From contig NC_043000.1 of assembly GCF_006345805.1 (NCBI RefSeq), forward strand, positions 10,044,001 to 10,108,000: a stretch of DNA of 64,000 nt, given 5' to 3'. The DNA is from Octopus sinensis (taxonomy: Eukaryota). A program made the position numbers and the translations under genes. The number at the start of each line of letters is the position of its first letter. Within the stretch, counting starts at the first letter, position 1. The notes beneath the pieces were generated by a model. That model worked only from the letters and a program-made list of their open reading frames with translations, did no database searches and was not told the DNA's origin. Shown one piece after another: positions 1 to 11,940 of the stretch.

Positions 1-435
1 TTTCCAGAAGAGCAGAAAGGATGCCGCAAAGGCTCATATGGCTGTAAAGATCAACTAATGATTAATAAAGCCATAACTGAAGACAGCCACAGAAAGAAGA
101 AAGGCCTCAGTATGGCTTGGATCGACTACAAAAAGGCGTTTGATAGCATCCCCCACACATGGATCCTTCGAACACAAGCCATTAACAAAGTAGCACCAAC
201 AATTATAAAATTCATAGGGCACTCTATGAATAAATGGCAAACAGTGCTACAGCTTCAAACAAAAGAGGGACTCATGAAAACCAAAGCCATCCCCATTAGA
301 AGAGGAATATTCCAGGGAGACACACTATCTCCACTCCTTTTCTGCTTGGCACTGTCACCTCTATCTGATATGCTAAATAGAACTGGATGCGGATATAAAT
401 GTTACGGCAAAACGATCAGCCACCTTTTATATATG

Positions 436-669
436 TATTTCTATATTGCCCACAAGGGGCTAAACATAGAGAGGACAAACAAGGACAGACAAACGGATTA
501 AGTCGATTACATTGACCCCAGTGCGAAACTGGTACTTTTATTTATCGACCCCGAAAGGATGAAAGGCAAAGTCGACCTCGGCGGAATTTGAACTCAGAAC
601 GTAACGACAGACGAAATAACGCTAAGCATTCCGCCCGGCGCGCTAACGTGTCTGCCAGCTCACCGCCTT
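436..669 (-). mobile_element. tRNA-derived SINE family B (central domain resembles the MetaSINE domain), inserted in the RT YMDD codons
   Basis: Reverse complement starts aaggcggtgagctggcaga (A box), has gagttcaaattc (B box), then gactttgcctttcatcctttcggggtcgataaa. Same sequence at many other loci in the window. Confidence 0.85.
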
Positions 670-1387
670 AGATATGGATGACCTAAAACTATATATATTT
701 TATATATGGATGACCTAAAACTATACGCTGCAAATGACAAACAGCTGGAAACACTATTAAAGACAGTTCATGGATTTACCAAAGAAATAGATATGAAATT
801 TGGATTAGAAAAATGCGCCAAAGAGGAAAACTAGTTAAGAGTAACAACATCACACTAGATAAAACCAATGAAATAAAAGAATTAGACCAAAGCCAAACTT
901 ACAAATACTTAGGAATCCATGAACTAGATAAGACACAACACACACAAATGAAAGAGAAAATAAAAAAAGAATATTATAGACGAGTTAGATCAATACTAAA
1001 ACAGAGCTCAATGCTAAAAACAAGATAATAGGTATTAACACTTTAGCTGTCCCAGTTATAAGTTACAGCTACAATATCCTTAACTGGACACTAAATGAAC
1101 TGACCAAAATAGATAGGAAAACAAGAAAAATAATGACAGGATCTAGGATGCATCACCCAAAATCTGACATAGAAAGACTATATATACAACGTATAGAAGG
1201 TGGTGGAGGCCTTATACAGCTGGAAAACTACTATAGAATAACCACCATAGGACTGCAAAAATATCTACTTCAGAAGGAAGGAAAACTGATACAAATAGCG
1301 GCAAAACACGAGCAAAACAAAGAACTGTTCTCAGTATTTAAGGAAGCTGACAAATACAAACAAGAAATCATACCACCTAATAAATAT

Positions 1388-1474
1388 GAAGAAGAAGAAG
1401 AAGAAGAAGAAGAAGAAGAAGAAGAAGAAGAAGAAGAAGAAGAAGAAGAAGAAGAAGAAGAAGAAGAAGAAGAA
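1388..1474 (+). repeat. (GAA)n microsatellite expanded in frame inside the LINE ORF (poly-E)
   Basis: Pure GAA run within ORF 1133-1567. Confidence 0.95.
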
Positions 1475-4050
1475 ACAACAAAAGCTATAAAACAAATGAA
1501 ATCCAAACTAAAAATAGAACAGCAACGAACCATGATAAAACGATGGCAAGAAAAGCCCCTGGACTAAACTAAACGCAAAAGAAATAGACAAAGAAAAATC
1601 CCAGCAATGGTTGAGAAGCTCAGGACTCAAAGCAGAGACAGAGGGATTTTTAATTGCAGCACAAGACCAAAGCCTCCGCACCAGAAATTACCAAAAACAT
1701 GTAATGAAAAGAAATATAACAAGTAACTGCAGAATATGTGATGGACAAGAAACAATAAATCATATTATCTCTGGCTGCCCAGTCCTGGCTAAGAAGGAAT
1801 ATATTCACAGACATGACAGAGTTGGAACCTACATATACTGGAAGCTATGCCAACATTATGGAATAACAACAGAAAAAAGATGGTATAGGCACACACAAGA
1901 AAAGGTCACAGAAAACGAGAAAGCAACCATACTCTGGGATATGCCGATACACACAGATAGAGAAATTAAGGCCAACAGACCAGATATAGTTGTCAGAGAC
2001 CATGAAGAAAAAATGCTTTCTAATTGATGTATCAATACCGGCAGATGACAACGTGTCTCTAAAAGAAATGGAGAAACTTTCAAAATACAAAGACCTCGAA
2101 TAGAGGTAACCAGAATGTGGAATCTAAAAACAGAAACAATTCCTATCATAGTAGGTGCATTAGGCATGATAAAAAAATATTCAGACAAATACATAACAAA
2201 AACACCAGGACTTACAAACACATATAACATACAGAAAATTGCACTACTAGGCACTGCACACATCCTACGCAGAACACTTTCCATACAATAACCATCAGAG
2301 CATCACAACAAATCACAGCACACACCCTAAGGCACACAGAGCTGCGCTCGGTAGTGAAGTGAATGCACGCTATAAAAATAAAACTACTGAATGATAATAA
2401 TAATAATAATGAGGAGGAGGAGGTGAATGATGATGCTGATAATTAACTATACATAAATTATGCGTGCCATGCTACATATGTGTTTATTTATAGCGTACAT
2501 AAATACCAGTTTTATTTATTTATCTTTTTCTTTTTTGTTCTTGGTATTAATTTTGTTCTGATGTATAAGTAAGAATGGAACAGTTGTTTTAAAGATGATT
2601 AGAAAAAAATTATACAAAAGCTTAGAAAGTTAACACAACGCTACACAATGCTGTAATTTCTTTTTTACAGACAATACAAACTTTGTAAAAATTCAAAAGA
2701 CAAAGGAACGTGTGTCTTTTTGAGGCAGAATACACAATTGTTTCAAATATGGCAAATGTATAGAAATGGCATAGAATATCGTAAATACTTGGTCTTGCAC
2801 ATTGAACAGGCTGATAAAAGTTGAATATAACAACTAACATACGGCTAAACCCTTGAAATATTAATTACTTGTAGAAAGTTAAACAACAGTAAACTGTTCT
2901 GCCAGTAGCTGTTGACAACTATATCCGTTCTAAGATAGTAGACATAATTATCCAAGTCGAACTTGAAGTAATTATGTCCACTATACGCTAATTATAAAAC
3001 ACTAATAGTCTGGCCCAGTATTTAGTGAAGAGTACAAGTGGTTTTTAGTCTCGTTTTGATGCTAAAGTAATAAAAAAAATTCAGTTTCATGAATAATGTC
3101 AAATAGAAAATGTAAAGAAAAATAATTATGTCGAACATCACTTATAAGTAAATGTGTATGATATTATGTGTGCCTTTACATGTATGAGCGCGAGTGTGTC
3201 TGTGTGAATGTATGCATATATGTGTATGAGTGTGATTGTGAGTGATGTGTGCTGGCGTATATGTAATTAAACACCTATGTATGCTTCAGTTTTAATTTGC
3301 TTAATTGTCATTTTGCCATATTCTCTCCTCAAGAAATTTCTATTATCAACGGAATATTAATTAGAACTCGACAAAATTAATATTCTGAACATTTGACACT
3401 AAAGCCGTTGGTATAGTATTTAAAATTACGTTGGTGATCGCAATAAGGAGACGAAAGCGATTCTTGGTTTATCGAATAGAGCAGTGAACGTTTCAACCAT
3501 CAACTTCGGTTGTACTCATTATTAATAAATACTGAAGTGATTAAGTTGTTGAAATGTTAATACCCTTCAAAAGACGTATTGTTATTGAACGAGGAAATTA
3601 TATTTAGAATCAGAAAGCGAAGCCAACGCGAGGTAATCCCACCATCTCCTTTTATGAACAGACAATCAAGCAGGAATTCTTTTTGGTTTTATTTTTACTG
3701 CTTACACAGGAGGAGAAGGAAAAGGAGTAAGAAGATGATGAAAGAAAGAAGCGGAGGGGAGGATGGGTGAAATAAGGGGAGGAGGAGAAGGAAATTGTCC
3801 CCAATAACTTCTGCAGGCTCCTCTGCGGCGATGGTGTAATTGATTCCGTTCATGTTCAGTACGAACATCTATAAATTGACGTCGCAACGGAGATCTGAAC
3901 TTTGTCGATACAGAGAAAATAGAATATCATAAGTGATTTCACACAAGTTCGCTAAGGTCATTAAACAGGATATTATATTGGCAGAACAAAGTATGTACGT
4001 AGTGTGTGTGCTTGGATATAAGTATGAAAGCACACACGCACACACACACA

Positions 4051-4099
<49 letters not shown>

Positions 4100-4249
4100 C
4101 ATAATGTGTGTGCGTGTATATATATGTATGCATATATGCATGTATGTATGTATGTATTTATGTATGTATGTATGTATGTATGTATGTATGTATGTATGTA
4201 TGTGCTCTTCTAGTTTTGATTATTTGAAATCGCGAAGAAGGAACTAGAT

Positions 4250-4308
<59 letters not shown>

Positions 4309-4463
4309 TATACATATATATGCATACATATGTGTGTGTATATAAATATGTATGTACACACATTTATATATATATGTAAATACATATACTTATAAATAAA
4401 AATATAGACATGCTTGCGAGTGTGTGTGTGTGTATACATATATGCATATGTCTGCATGTATAT

Positions 4464-4510
<47 letters not shown>

Positions 4511-5133
4511 GCATGTATACATACATGCGTGAGGGAAATCTTTTTTGGGAATCAGTAGTGGTTATAATGAAACGATATTAAGATATTAATTAAAGAATCA
4601 TACTTCAATGTATTGCAAATTATAAGGTGAACTCGACGCTACTTGATCTCAGAAAGGAAGGTTTTGTAACTATATAACACGAGTAATTTTGTCCGACGCT
4701 CTGATGACTCTGCCGAATTAGAATTAATGAGGCGAATAATACATACTAAAATATAGGAACACGAAAATTATAAGGAGCCACGGTACCATACTAACTCTTT
4801 CCTCACAACTAAACTGTACCCCAAATACTCCATTTTCTTCGAATTATAGCCATGCTTCTAACGTCAGGACTGACTAACCCTTGAATGCATTTTAATTCAA
4901 GACAGTCACTTAACCCTTCGTGGGAAGGCGAGGTTGGAATTACACAAAAGGCCATTGGGGTCAAGAGGGACCCTCTTTTACTTTTGCGCATTTCCGCACT
5001 ATCCATAAAGTAACATTTGTTTAATCTTGTATATATATGTGAGTGCATGATGCAGAACAAGAAATTTAGAATCTTATAGGTATATAATCTTATAGATATA
5101 TATTAGCATTTAATGGAGGGGAATTATTGACTG

Positions 5134-5298
5134 AAAAAAAATCTACATTATTTACATTTGACGGATATTTGTCCTCCTCTTTGTTGTTAACACAACGTTT
5201 CGGCTGATATACCCTCCAGCCTTCATCAGGTGTCTTGGGGAAATTTCTAACCTGGGTTCTCATTTCTGAGGTATTTTTCGATGTTGTTGTCGTCGTCG

Positions 5299-5330
<32 letters not shown>

Positions 5331-5413
5331 GTTCAGATCACTGCCTGGAATCGAACTCGGAATCTTGAGGTCAGTAGCCCGCGCTCTTAACCACTACGCC
5401 ATATACCCGTGGG
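5134..5413 (-). mobile_element. tRNA-headed element: A/B boxes, (AAT)n, hammerhead ribozyme, T-run
   Basis: Minus strand reads tggcgtagtggttaagagcgcgggc (A box), gagttcgattcc (B box), (aat)n, HHR at 5234-5189, then a T-run at 5141-5134. Confidence 0.7.
5189..5234 (-). ncRNA. Minimal type I hammerhead ribozyme motif with loopless ACGU stem III
   Basis: GACAC-CUGAUGA-A-GGCUG(loop)CAGCC-GAAA-CGU-U-GUGUU. Stem I GACAC/GUGUU, stem II 5 bp. Confidence 0.75.
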
Positions 5414-5418
5414 CATTA

Positions 5419-5560
5419 CCCAAGACACTTGATGAAGGCTGGAGCTTATATCGGCCGAAACGTTGTGTTAACAACAAACAAGACGAGTACAAATATCCGT
5501 CAAATGTAAATAATGTAAATAATGTACATAATTCTCATCTCTTAAATACAGAACTGAAAA
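5419..5560 (+). repeat. Inverted copy of the HHR-bearing tail, with HHR at 5424-5469 carrying a C3U change
   Basis: cccaagacacttgatgaaggctggagcttatatcggccgaaacgttgtgttaacaac...aaatatccgtcaaatgtaaataatgt is the reverse complement of 5141-5240. Confidence 0.8.
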
Positions 5561-6260
5561 AAAACTTTTAATAGTTTTATGTACTGTACATATAGCATTA
5601 AATATAAAATAAAACAAAATTATTTAGTATATCGATTCGTACCAGTACAAATCCGAAGAAAATTGACTTATCTGAAAAAAAATATCTGAAGAAAGAACAG
5701 AAATAAAATAATTTGACAGAAGGCCAATGGGTTCCAGTTGGATCCCAATGACTATATTTTAAACTATAAACTCCATATGACTGGAAATTTTTAACAAAAA
5801 ATTTGTATGTGCATACATAAACTATAAACAATAAAGTCATACGATATAAAATCATTTAGATAAATCATGTAAATTTTGCGTAAATATTTTTAATTTACTG
5901 GGATCCCAAGGGAGCCTGCCGGTCCATGAAGGGTTAATATAGTTATATATCTCGACCGTCTACTACATGGAATTCTAACTCCTTGAAAGTAGGACAATAT
6001 TTGAAATACAAAATAAATCATTCTTTCTGCTCTAGGCTCAATATCGGGTAAACAGGGGAATAGTCAATTACATTAATCCTGGTGTTCAAAAGGTAGTTAT
6101 TTCATCGACCCAAGAAAGGAAGGCATAATCAACCTTGGCAGCATTGAATTCAGAATGTAACGACCTCGAAGATATGTCACTAGGCATTTGGTCCGACGTG
6201 CTAACTATTCTGCTATCTCGCCGGCCGGTGATGCAGATTAATCATTTCTACTATCGACAC

Positions 6261-6573
6261 GGTGGAAGTGCATGGCCTAGTGGTTAGAGCAACGAACTCG
6301 CGGTCGAGTGATCGCGGGTTCGAATTTCAACCAGGCGATGTGTGTGTTTATGAGTGAAACACCTAAGCTCAACGCAGCTCCAGCCGAAGGAAATGGCGAA
6401 CCTCTGCTGACTTTTTCGTCACAACTTTCTCTCACTCTTTCCTCCTGCATCTAGCAGCTCACCTGCGACGGACCGGCGTCCGTCCAGGTGGGAAAACTAT
6501 AAGCCAATGAAACCGGGAAACCGGCCCTTATGAGCCATGCATGGCTCGTGAAGGAACAAACAACAACAACAAC
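6261..6573 (+). mobile_element. tRNA-derived SINE family C
   Basis: tggcctagtggttagagc (A box), gggttcgaat (B box), body ending ggaaaccgggaaaccggcccttatgagcc and (aac)n tail. Copies at 26440-26754 and 50608-50790. Confidence 0.8.
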
Positions 6574-6799
6574 TATAGACAGAAGGCTTGAAATTTTGAG
6601 GGCGGGGTAAATCGATGACAGAAACCCCAGTGCTCAACCACTACTTCATTTTATTGACTTCGAAATGTTGAAAGGGAAACTCAGAACGTAAAGTGCCGAA
6701 ATACTGCTAAACATTTTGTAACAATTCTGCCAGTTCTCCGCCCAGTGATGCAGAATAATCTTTTCTACTATTGGCACAAGGTCAGAAATTTGGGGGCGA

Positions 6800-7160
6800 G
6801 AGGGGACTAGTTGATTACATCAACCCCAGTGTGTCACTGGTACTTAATTTATCGACCCCGAAAGGATGAAAGGGGAAGTCGAACTCAGCGGAATTTGAAC
6901 TCACTACGAAGCAGCAGTACTAAATACCTATTTCTTTACTACCCCCAAGGGGCTAAACACAAAGGGGACAAACAAGGACAGACAAACGGATTAAGTCGAT
7001 TGTATCGAACCCAGTGCGTAACTGATACTTAATTTATCGACCCCGAAAGGATGAAAGGCAAAGTCGACCTCGGCGGAATTTGAACTCAGAACGTAACGGC
7101 AGACGAAATACGGCTACACATTTTGTCCGGCGTGTTAACGTTTCTGCCAGCTCACCACCT
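6800..7160 (-). mobile_element. SINE family B, head-to-tail dimer
   Basis: Two bodies joined at aaagaaatag|gtattt, with a single complete head near 7160. Confidence 0.8.
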
Positions 7161-7489
7161 TGCGTGATGCAGAATAATGAAAAGCAAAATATAGAACATA
7201 ATTGTATTTTACAGATAGAAATTAATTCTAATTTATTACAAATTATTTTATGTCATCTTAACTACAATTTGTGTTAGAAGCTCTACTTTCTTCAATGTAC
7301 TAATTATAAAACCTTGCTTTTTCGGTTTTACACTAGTGGTTTAGAATTGCATTAAATTAAAAATACAATAAATTGGAATAATTAAATACAAAATGAAAAT
7401 AGAAGCTTGTGTGACTCGGAATATACTGGAGGATCTTAATTTGGATTATACATTGCGCCTACCATAAAATTAGTTTCGCTTTACGTTGA

Positions 7490-7789
7490 TTCACTCGAAG
7501 TTGTACTTCCCAAGAACTCATCGTGACAAGATTGCCTTTGCTGATACGTAAGCGCGTTCTGAACTTATCTGGAGATACACAACAGCAGCAGCAGGAACAA
7601 CAACAACAGCAACAAGAGCAGCAACAGCAACAGCAACAGCCGTTCAGGAACTTGGACCTGGAGATCTCCATTTCCAGCGACTTCGAGGGTCACCTCCCAG
7701 TGGTGTCGGGCGTCAACGAAGAGCCCTCAACTACAACAAGACGATCAAAGTTTTTTCTTTTCCCAAGGTCAGGGGTCTCCCACCTCTAA
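7490..7789 (+). CDS. Candidate coding exon with mixed-codon poly-Q, product unknown
   Basis: Open frame FTRSCTSQELIVTRLPLLIRKRVLNLSGDT(Q/E)n PFRNLDLEISISSDFEGHLPVVSGVNEEPSTTTRRSKFFLFP. Mixed CAA/CAG/GAA/GAG codons, strong G/C third positions at 7621-7730, possible donor ag|gtcagg at 7767/7768. No recognised domain. Confidence 0.4.
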   Translation, partial: FTRSCTSQELIVTRLPLLIRKRVLNLSGDTQQQQQEQQQQQQEQQQQQQQPFRNLDLEISISSDFEGHLPVVSGVNEEPSTTTRRSKFFLFPRSGVSHL

Positions 7790-8330
7790 GCCCTAGACCA
7801 TCACCTAATCACCCTTACCCGTCTTGTTGCTTAACAACAACAGCAACAGTAGCAACATTAACTACTGCTACTACTACTACTACTACTACTACAATGAAAG
7901 TAATGTTGTGCTTTCATTTTCATCAATATATTTTCGTTGAAAAGACTCATCTTGTGTCTGGTTGAAAGCAAGCAATAATTAATGAATGTTTTAGTTTGTT
8001 AGGAATGAAGTAGTGAAGACTGCTTTTATATTGTTAATTTTATTTAAAGAATTATTTCATCGACATCTTTGAGGTTTTTACTTCAAAGACAATGATAAAA
8101 CAGTTCATTTAATAACAGTTCGTGGTAAGTGAGATAAAGATAATCCCTCGACACCTAATGCAATTAAAAAGATGTACATTTAAAGTATTAAAAGATTAAT
8201 AATGGATTTGAAGTCATTTACGTCTCTCGTAGTTATGTAGAGAAAGTAAAATAATTCGTAGCAGCAAAATAGTTTCTAACTGATCGGCTGATTTGTTAGA
8301 AATAACCACTTACTCTTTCTGAAATCGCAC

Positions 8331-8784
8331 TATACAACCTTCAATTACAAAAGATGGCTTCAAACAATGTAATCCTAGGTATCACTGAAAAAAACTGATG
8401 TCTTGCAAACAACTTGCACATGCAAGTGCTATCAGTTAAAAGCTCCGTATATCGGAAGCTAGCAAGTGTATGGGGTCATCAGGAGAGAATGCGCGCCGTT
8501 TCGGGGCCTACCTCTCGACGGCATCAATGCGCACCGGTCCCCCTCACTGATATGAGGCCCCGCTTGCTAGATCAGCTGGTTATGAAGAACTCAATATACT
8601 TCTAGCCATCGCTCATCGTCTCTTTCTAACCAACTCCAGTGGCTAGCCTTCTCCACTGTAGATTGGATATCAGTCATGGTGGTATTGACTTTACGATGAG
8701 TTAGGCCTAACGATATACAACCTTCACTAACAAAAGATGGCTTCAAACAATGTAATCCTAGGTATCACGGAAAAAAAACTGATG
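8331..8784. repeat. ~70-bp direct repeats (8331-8400, 8714-8784) enclosing a GC-richer ~310-bp insert
   Basis: tatacaaccttca..acaaaagatggcttcaaacaatgtaatcctaggtatcac.gaaaaaaactgatg occurs twice. Confidence 0.85.
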
Positions 8785-9016
8785 GTCGATACTGGAGCAC
8801 ATTCCATCATATGCTTGTTCGTCTGGATTACGATCAACTAAGACAAGATGATATTCGCGGTGAGCTGTGTGACAAATCTGGTGTTTATCTGGTGTTTATG
8901 AACAAATTCATTGGTTAATGATTTTGAACGGCCTCAGTAATGCAGGAAACATAGAATCATATTACTTTGCTCTTCACAATATATGTATATATGTATATGT
9001 ATATATGCATACTCTC

Positions 9017-9427
9017 TCTTTACTCTTTTACTTGTTTCAGTCATTTGACTGCGGCCATGCTGGAGCACCGCCTTTAGTCGAGCAAATCGACCCCGGGACT
9101 TATTCTTTGTAAGTCCATTACTTATTCTATCGTTCTCTTCTGCCGAACTGCTAAGTGACGGGGACGTAAACACACCAGCATCGGTTGTCAAGCAATGCTA
9201 GGGGGACAAACACAAACACACAAACACACACACATACACATATATACATATATATACATATATACGACAGGCTTCTTTCAGTTTCCGTCTACCAAATCCA
9301 CTCACAAGGCATTGGTCGGCCCGGGGCTAGAGCAGAAGACACTTGCCCAAGATGCCATGCAGTGGGACTGAACCCGGAACCATGTGGTTGGTTAGCAAGC
9401 TACTTACCACACAGCCACTCCTGCGCA
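9017..9427 (-). mobile_element. tRNA-derived SINE family A (CORE-like domain, resembles octopus OR-type SINEs)
   Basis: Minus strand reads aggagtggctgtgtggtaag, gggttcagtccc, cttgggcaagtgtcttct (CORE-like), an internal microsatellite and a (gagtaaaa) tail. Confidence 0.85.
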
Positions 9428-9433
9428 TATGTA

Positions 9434-9503
<70 letters not shown>

Positions 9504-9700
9504 ATATATATATATATTATATATATATATATATATATTATATTATATATATATGTATATATATATTATATATATATATATATGTATATATATATGCATA
9601 TATATATGTATATATATATATATATATGTATATAAATCTACTACTCTTGCTTGTGCTTTTTTCCATATGTGCGTATAAGTATTTCATTTATTTCGTATCG

Positions 9701-9764
9701 TATTTTCTACTGAAGAGGGAAGAATCTGTAAGATTAATCCTGAAATTGATTCAATATAGAAATA
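9701..9764 (+). ncRNA. Type I hammerhead ribozyme motif, AUA triplet
   Basis: UUUCUA-CUGAAGA-GGGA(inner hairpin AAUCU/AGAUU)UCCU-GAAA-UUG(AUU)CAA-UA-UAGAAA. Confidence 0.8.
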
Positions 9765-10128
9765 ACGAACTTTCTTTTTTTTAATTCTGTTGGCTAGCTT
9801 TCCTCGATTTCAGCACAACGTTTATGTATAATGAAATGTGGAAATTGAGGATTTAAAGTTTGTTATCAGCATATTGACATAGAAATAATATTTCTTTTGC
9901 CCTTGTTTATAAGTATATATATATATATATAAATGGATGAATGAATTATCCTTTGTTTACCGTTAACATGGAAAATTCAATAAACAGTTGCCAGGATAGC
10001 AAAATTCACGCAAGTAACACGGCTGAAGCCACCTATTCAAAGGTAGAAACTCCAGGTTAATGTGCAGTAGTTTGTGTAGTATAAGTAAATAAATGGAGTT
10101 GAACGCAGATGTTATTAAAATTCTTTTA

Positions 10129-10211
10129 CTTTCGACATATGTTTCGAAGACAACATTGGTTTTATTCCAAAGGAATAAACGGTGTAAAATGCAATCTTCT
10201 CATCAGGAAAG
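10129..10211 (-). ncRNA. Type I hammerhead ribozyme, GUC triplet, unit 1
   Basis: CUUUC-CUGAUGA-GAAGA...(UUUAUUCC/GGAAUAAA)...UCUUC-GAAAC-AUAU-GUC-GAAAG. Palindromic stem III ACAUAUGU. Confidence 0.85.
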
Positions 10212-10485
10212 AAAGAGAGCCTATCTCAACAACAAGACATTATAACAATTACGATGACTGCCTAAATGATAAACAGAACGTTATTAAGTATTTTAAAAAA
10301 AACCGTTAGTAGATTCGACGTCAAAGGCAGATACTAGAAAGAGAAGGGTTAAAGAAATAATAAGTAGAGAACAAATAAAGAGGGATACGTTGGTTGAAAA
10401 AATGTTCAAAGGCTTAGAAGTAGATTTCTCTATTGAAGTAAAGTGCAAGTTAAACTAACTGTTCAAACTATAAAGACTGGCAAAA

Positions 10486-10873
10486 TCACTTATATGAGCT
10501 AAAGGTATGTTTCTGCCAGTGTTTACATTTGTAAGATCGCTCTATAAGTGTGTTAACAAGGTGATTCTTAGAGAAGAGAATATGGAAGAGTTCAGAGATG
10601 CAAATGTTACAAAATCCCTTGCCCTTATCGTAAGGAAAAGATATGGACAGGATGAACCAATCTAACTTGAAATATTTATTGTTGTCTTTAAGATGCCAAA
10701 ATTAATTTACTTAGCCCTGCGCTATGGCGTTTACTGCTATCCCTAAATGATGAATAATGATTGGAAATTCTCTTAGATAACTGGGAAGAGGATGCGCCTA
10801 TGTAGAAGTAGACATCGGTACCGCAAGAAATTTTACACTGGTATATAGAATTCTTACGTGTGTATATGTACAT
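10486..10873 (-). pseudogene. GIY-YIG endonuclease C-terminus of a Penelope-like element (Neptune-like), one frameshift
   Basis: IYQCKISCGTDVYFYIGASSSQLSKRISNHYSSF. After a 1-nt shift: LSKLIWHLKDNNKYFKLDWFILSISFPYDKGKGFCNICISELFHILFSKNHLVNTLIERSYKCKHWQKH, stop at 10486-10488. Confidence 0.8.
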
Positions 10874-10906
10874 ATGTATTTATCCACATACATACTAATA
10901 AATATT

Positions 10907-10972
<66 letters not shown>

Positions 10973-11166
10973 GGATGAATGAATTATCCTTTGTTTACCG
11001 TTAACATGGAAAATTCAATAAACAGTTGCCAGGATAGCAAAATTCACGCAAGTAACACGGATGAAGCCACCTATTCAAAGGTAGAAACTCCAGGTTAATG
11101 TGCAGTAGTTTGTGTAGTATAAGTAAATAAATGGAGTTGAACGCAGATGTTATTAAAATTCTTTTA

Positions 11167-11249
11167 CTTTCGACATATGTTTCGAAGACAACATTGGTTT
11201 TATTCCAAAGGAATAAACGGTGTAAAATGCAATCTTCTCATCAGGAAAG
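11167..11249 (-). ncRNA. Type I hammerhead ribozyme, GUC triplet, unit 2
   Basis: Same sequence as 10129-10211, offset 1038. Confidence 0.85.
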
Positions 11250-11523
11250 AAAGAGAGCCTATCTCAACAACAAGACATTATAACAATTACGATGACTGCC
11301 TAAATGATAAACAGAACGTTATTAAGTATTTTAAAAAAAACCGTTAGTAGATTCGACGTCAAAGGCAGATACTAGAAAGAGAAGGGTTAAAGAAATAATA
11401 AGTAGAGAACAAATAAAGAGGGATACGTTGGTTGAAAAAATGTTCAAAGGCTTAGAAGTAGATTTCTCTATTGAAGTAAAGTGCAAGTTAAACTAACTGT
11501 TCAAACTATAAAGACTGGCAAAA

Positions 11524-11911
11524 TCACTTATATGAGCTAAAGGTATGTTTCTGCCAGTGTTTACATTTGTAAGATCGCTCTATAAGTGTGTTAACAAGGT
11601 GATTCTTAGAGAAGAGAATATGGAAGAGTTCAGAGTTGCAAATGTTACAAAATCCCTTGCCCTTATCGTAAGGAAAAGATATGGACAGGATGAACCAATC
11701 TAACTTAAAATCTTTATTGTTGTCTTTAAGATGCCAAAATTAATTTACTTAGCCCTGCGCTATGGCGTTTACTGCTATCCCTAAATGATGAATAATGATT
11801 GGAAATTCTCTTAGATAACTGGGAAGAGGATGCGCCTATGTAGAAGTAGACATCGGTACCGCAAGAAATTTTACACTGGTATATAGAATTCTTACGTGTG
11901 TATATGTACAT
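11524..11911 (-). pseudogene. Second copy of the GIY-YIG fragment
   Basis: Same translation and same frameshift as 10486-10873. Confidence 0.8.
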
Positions 11912-11940
11912 ATGTATTTATCCACATACATACTAATAAA

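Larger units (their letters stand above)
1..2400 (+). mobile_element. Decayed non-LTR retrotransposon with RT and restriction-like endonuclease (R4/Dong-like clade), 5' part outside the window
   Basis: ORF fragments give RT motifs [28 protein letters not shown] and HLLYMDDLKLYA (split by a SINE), CCHC knuckle CRICDGQETINHIISGC and RLE motif RPDIV. Frameshifts and stops present. Ends in (TAA)n at ~2392-2410. Confidence 0.85.

Noticed and set aside
3700-3875. Short frames on both strands (EIVPNNFCRLLCGDGVIDSVHVQYEHL on +, MFVLNMNGINYTIAAEEPAEVIG on -)
   Set aside because: They are mirror frames of one segment with no consistent acceptor-donor pair and no recognisable homology.
4809-5060. 83-aa minus-strand ORF as an exon
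   Set aside because: No domain, no codon bias and only a weak possible donor. The length is within chance range.
5336-5410. tRNA-like heads, here and in SINE families A-C, as true tRNA genes
   Set aside because: A and B boxes are present but acceptor stems do not pair well, and each head runs directly into repeat bodies.
8470-8510. GAAAC and CUGAUGA on the minus strand as a hammerhead
   Set aside because: Both would-be stem II strands read CCCC and cannot pair, and there is no NUH with stem III.
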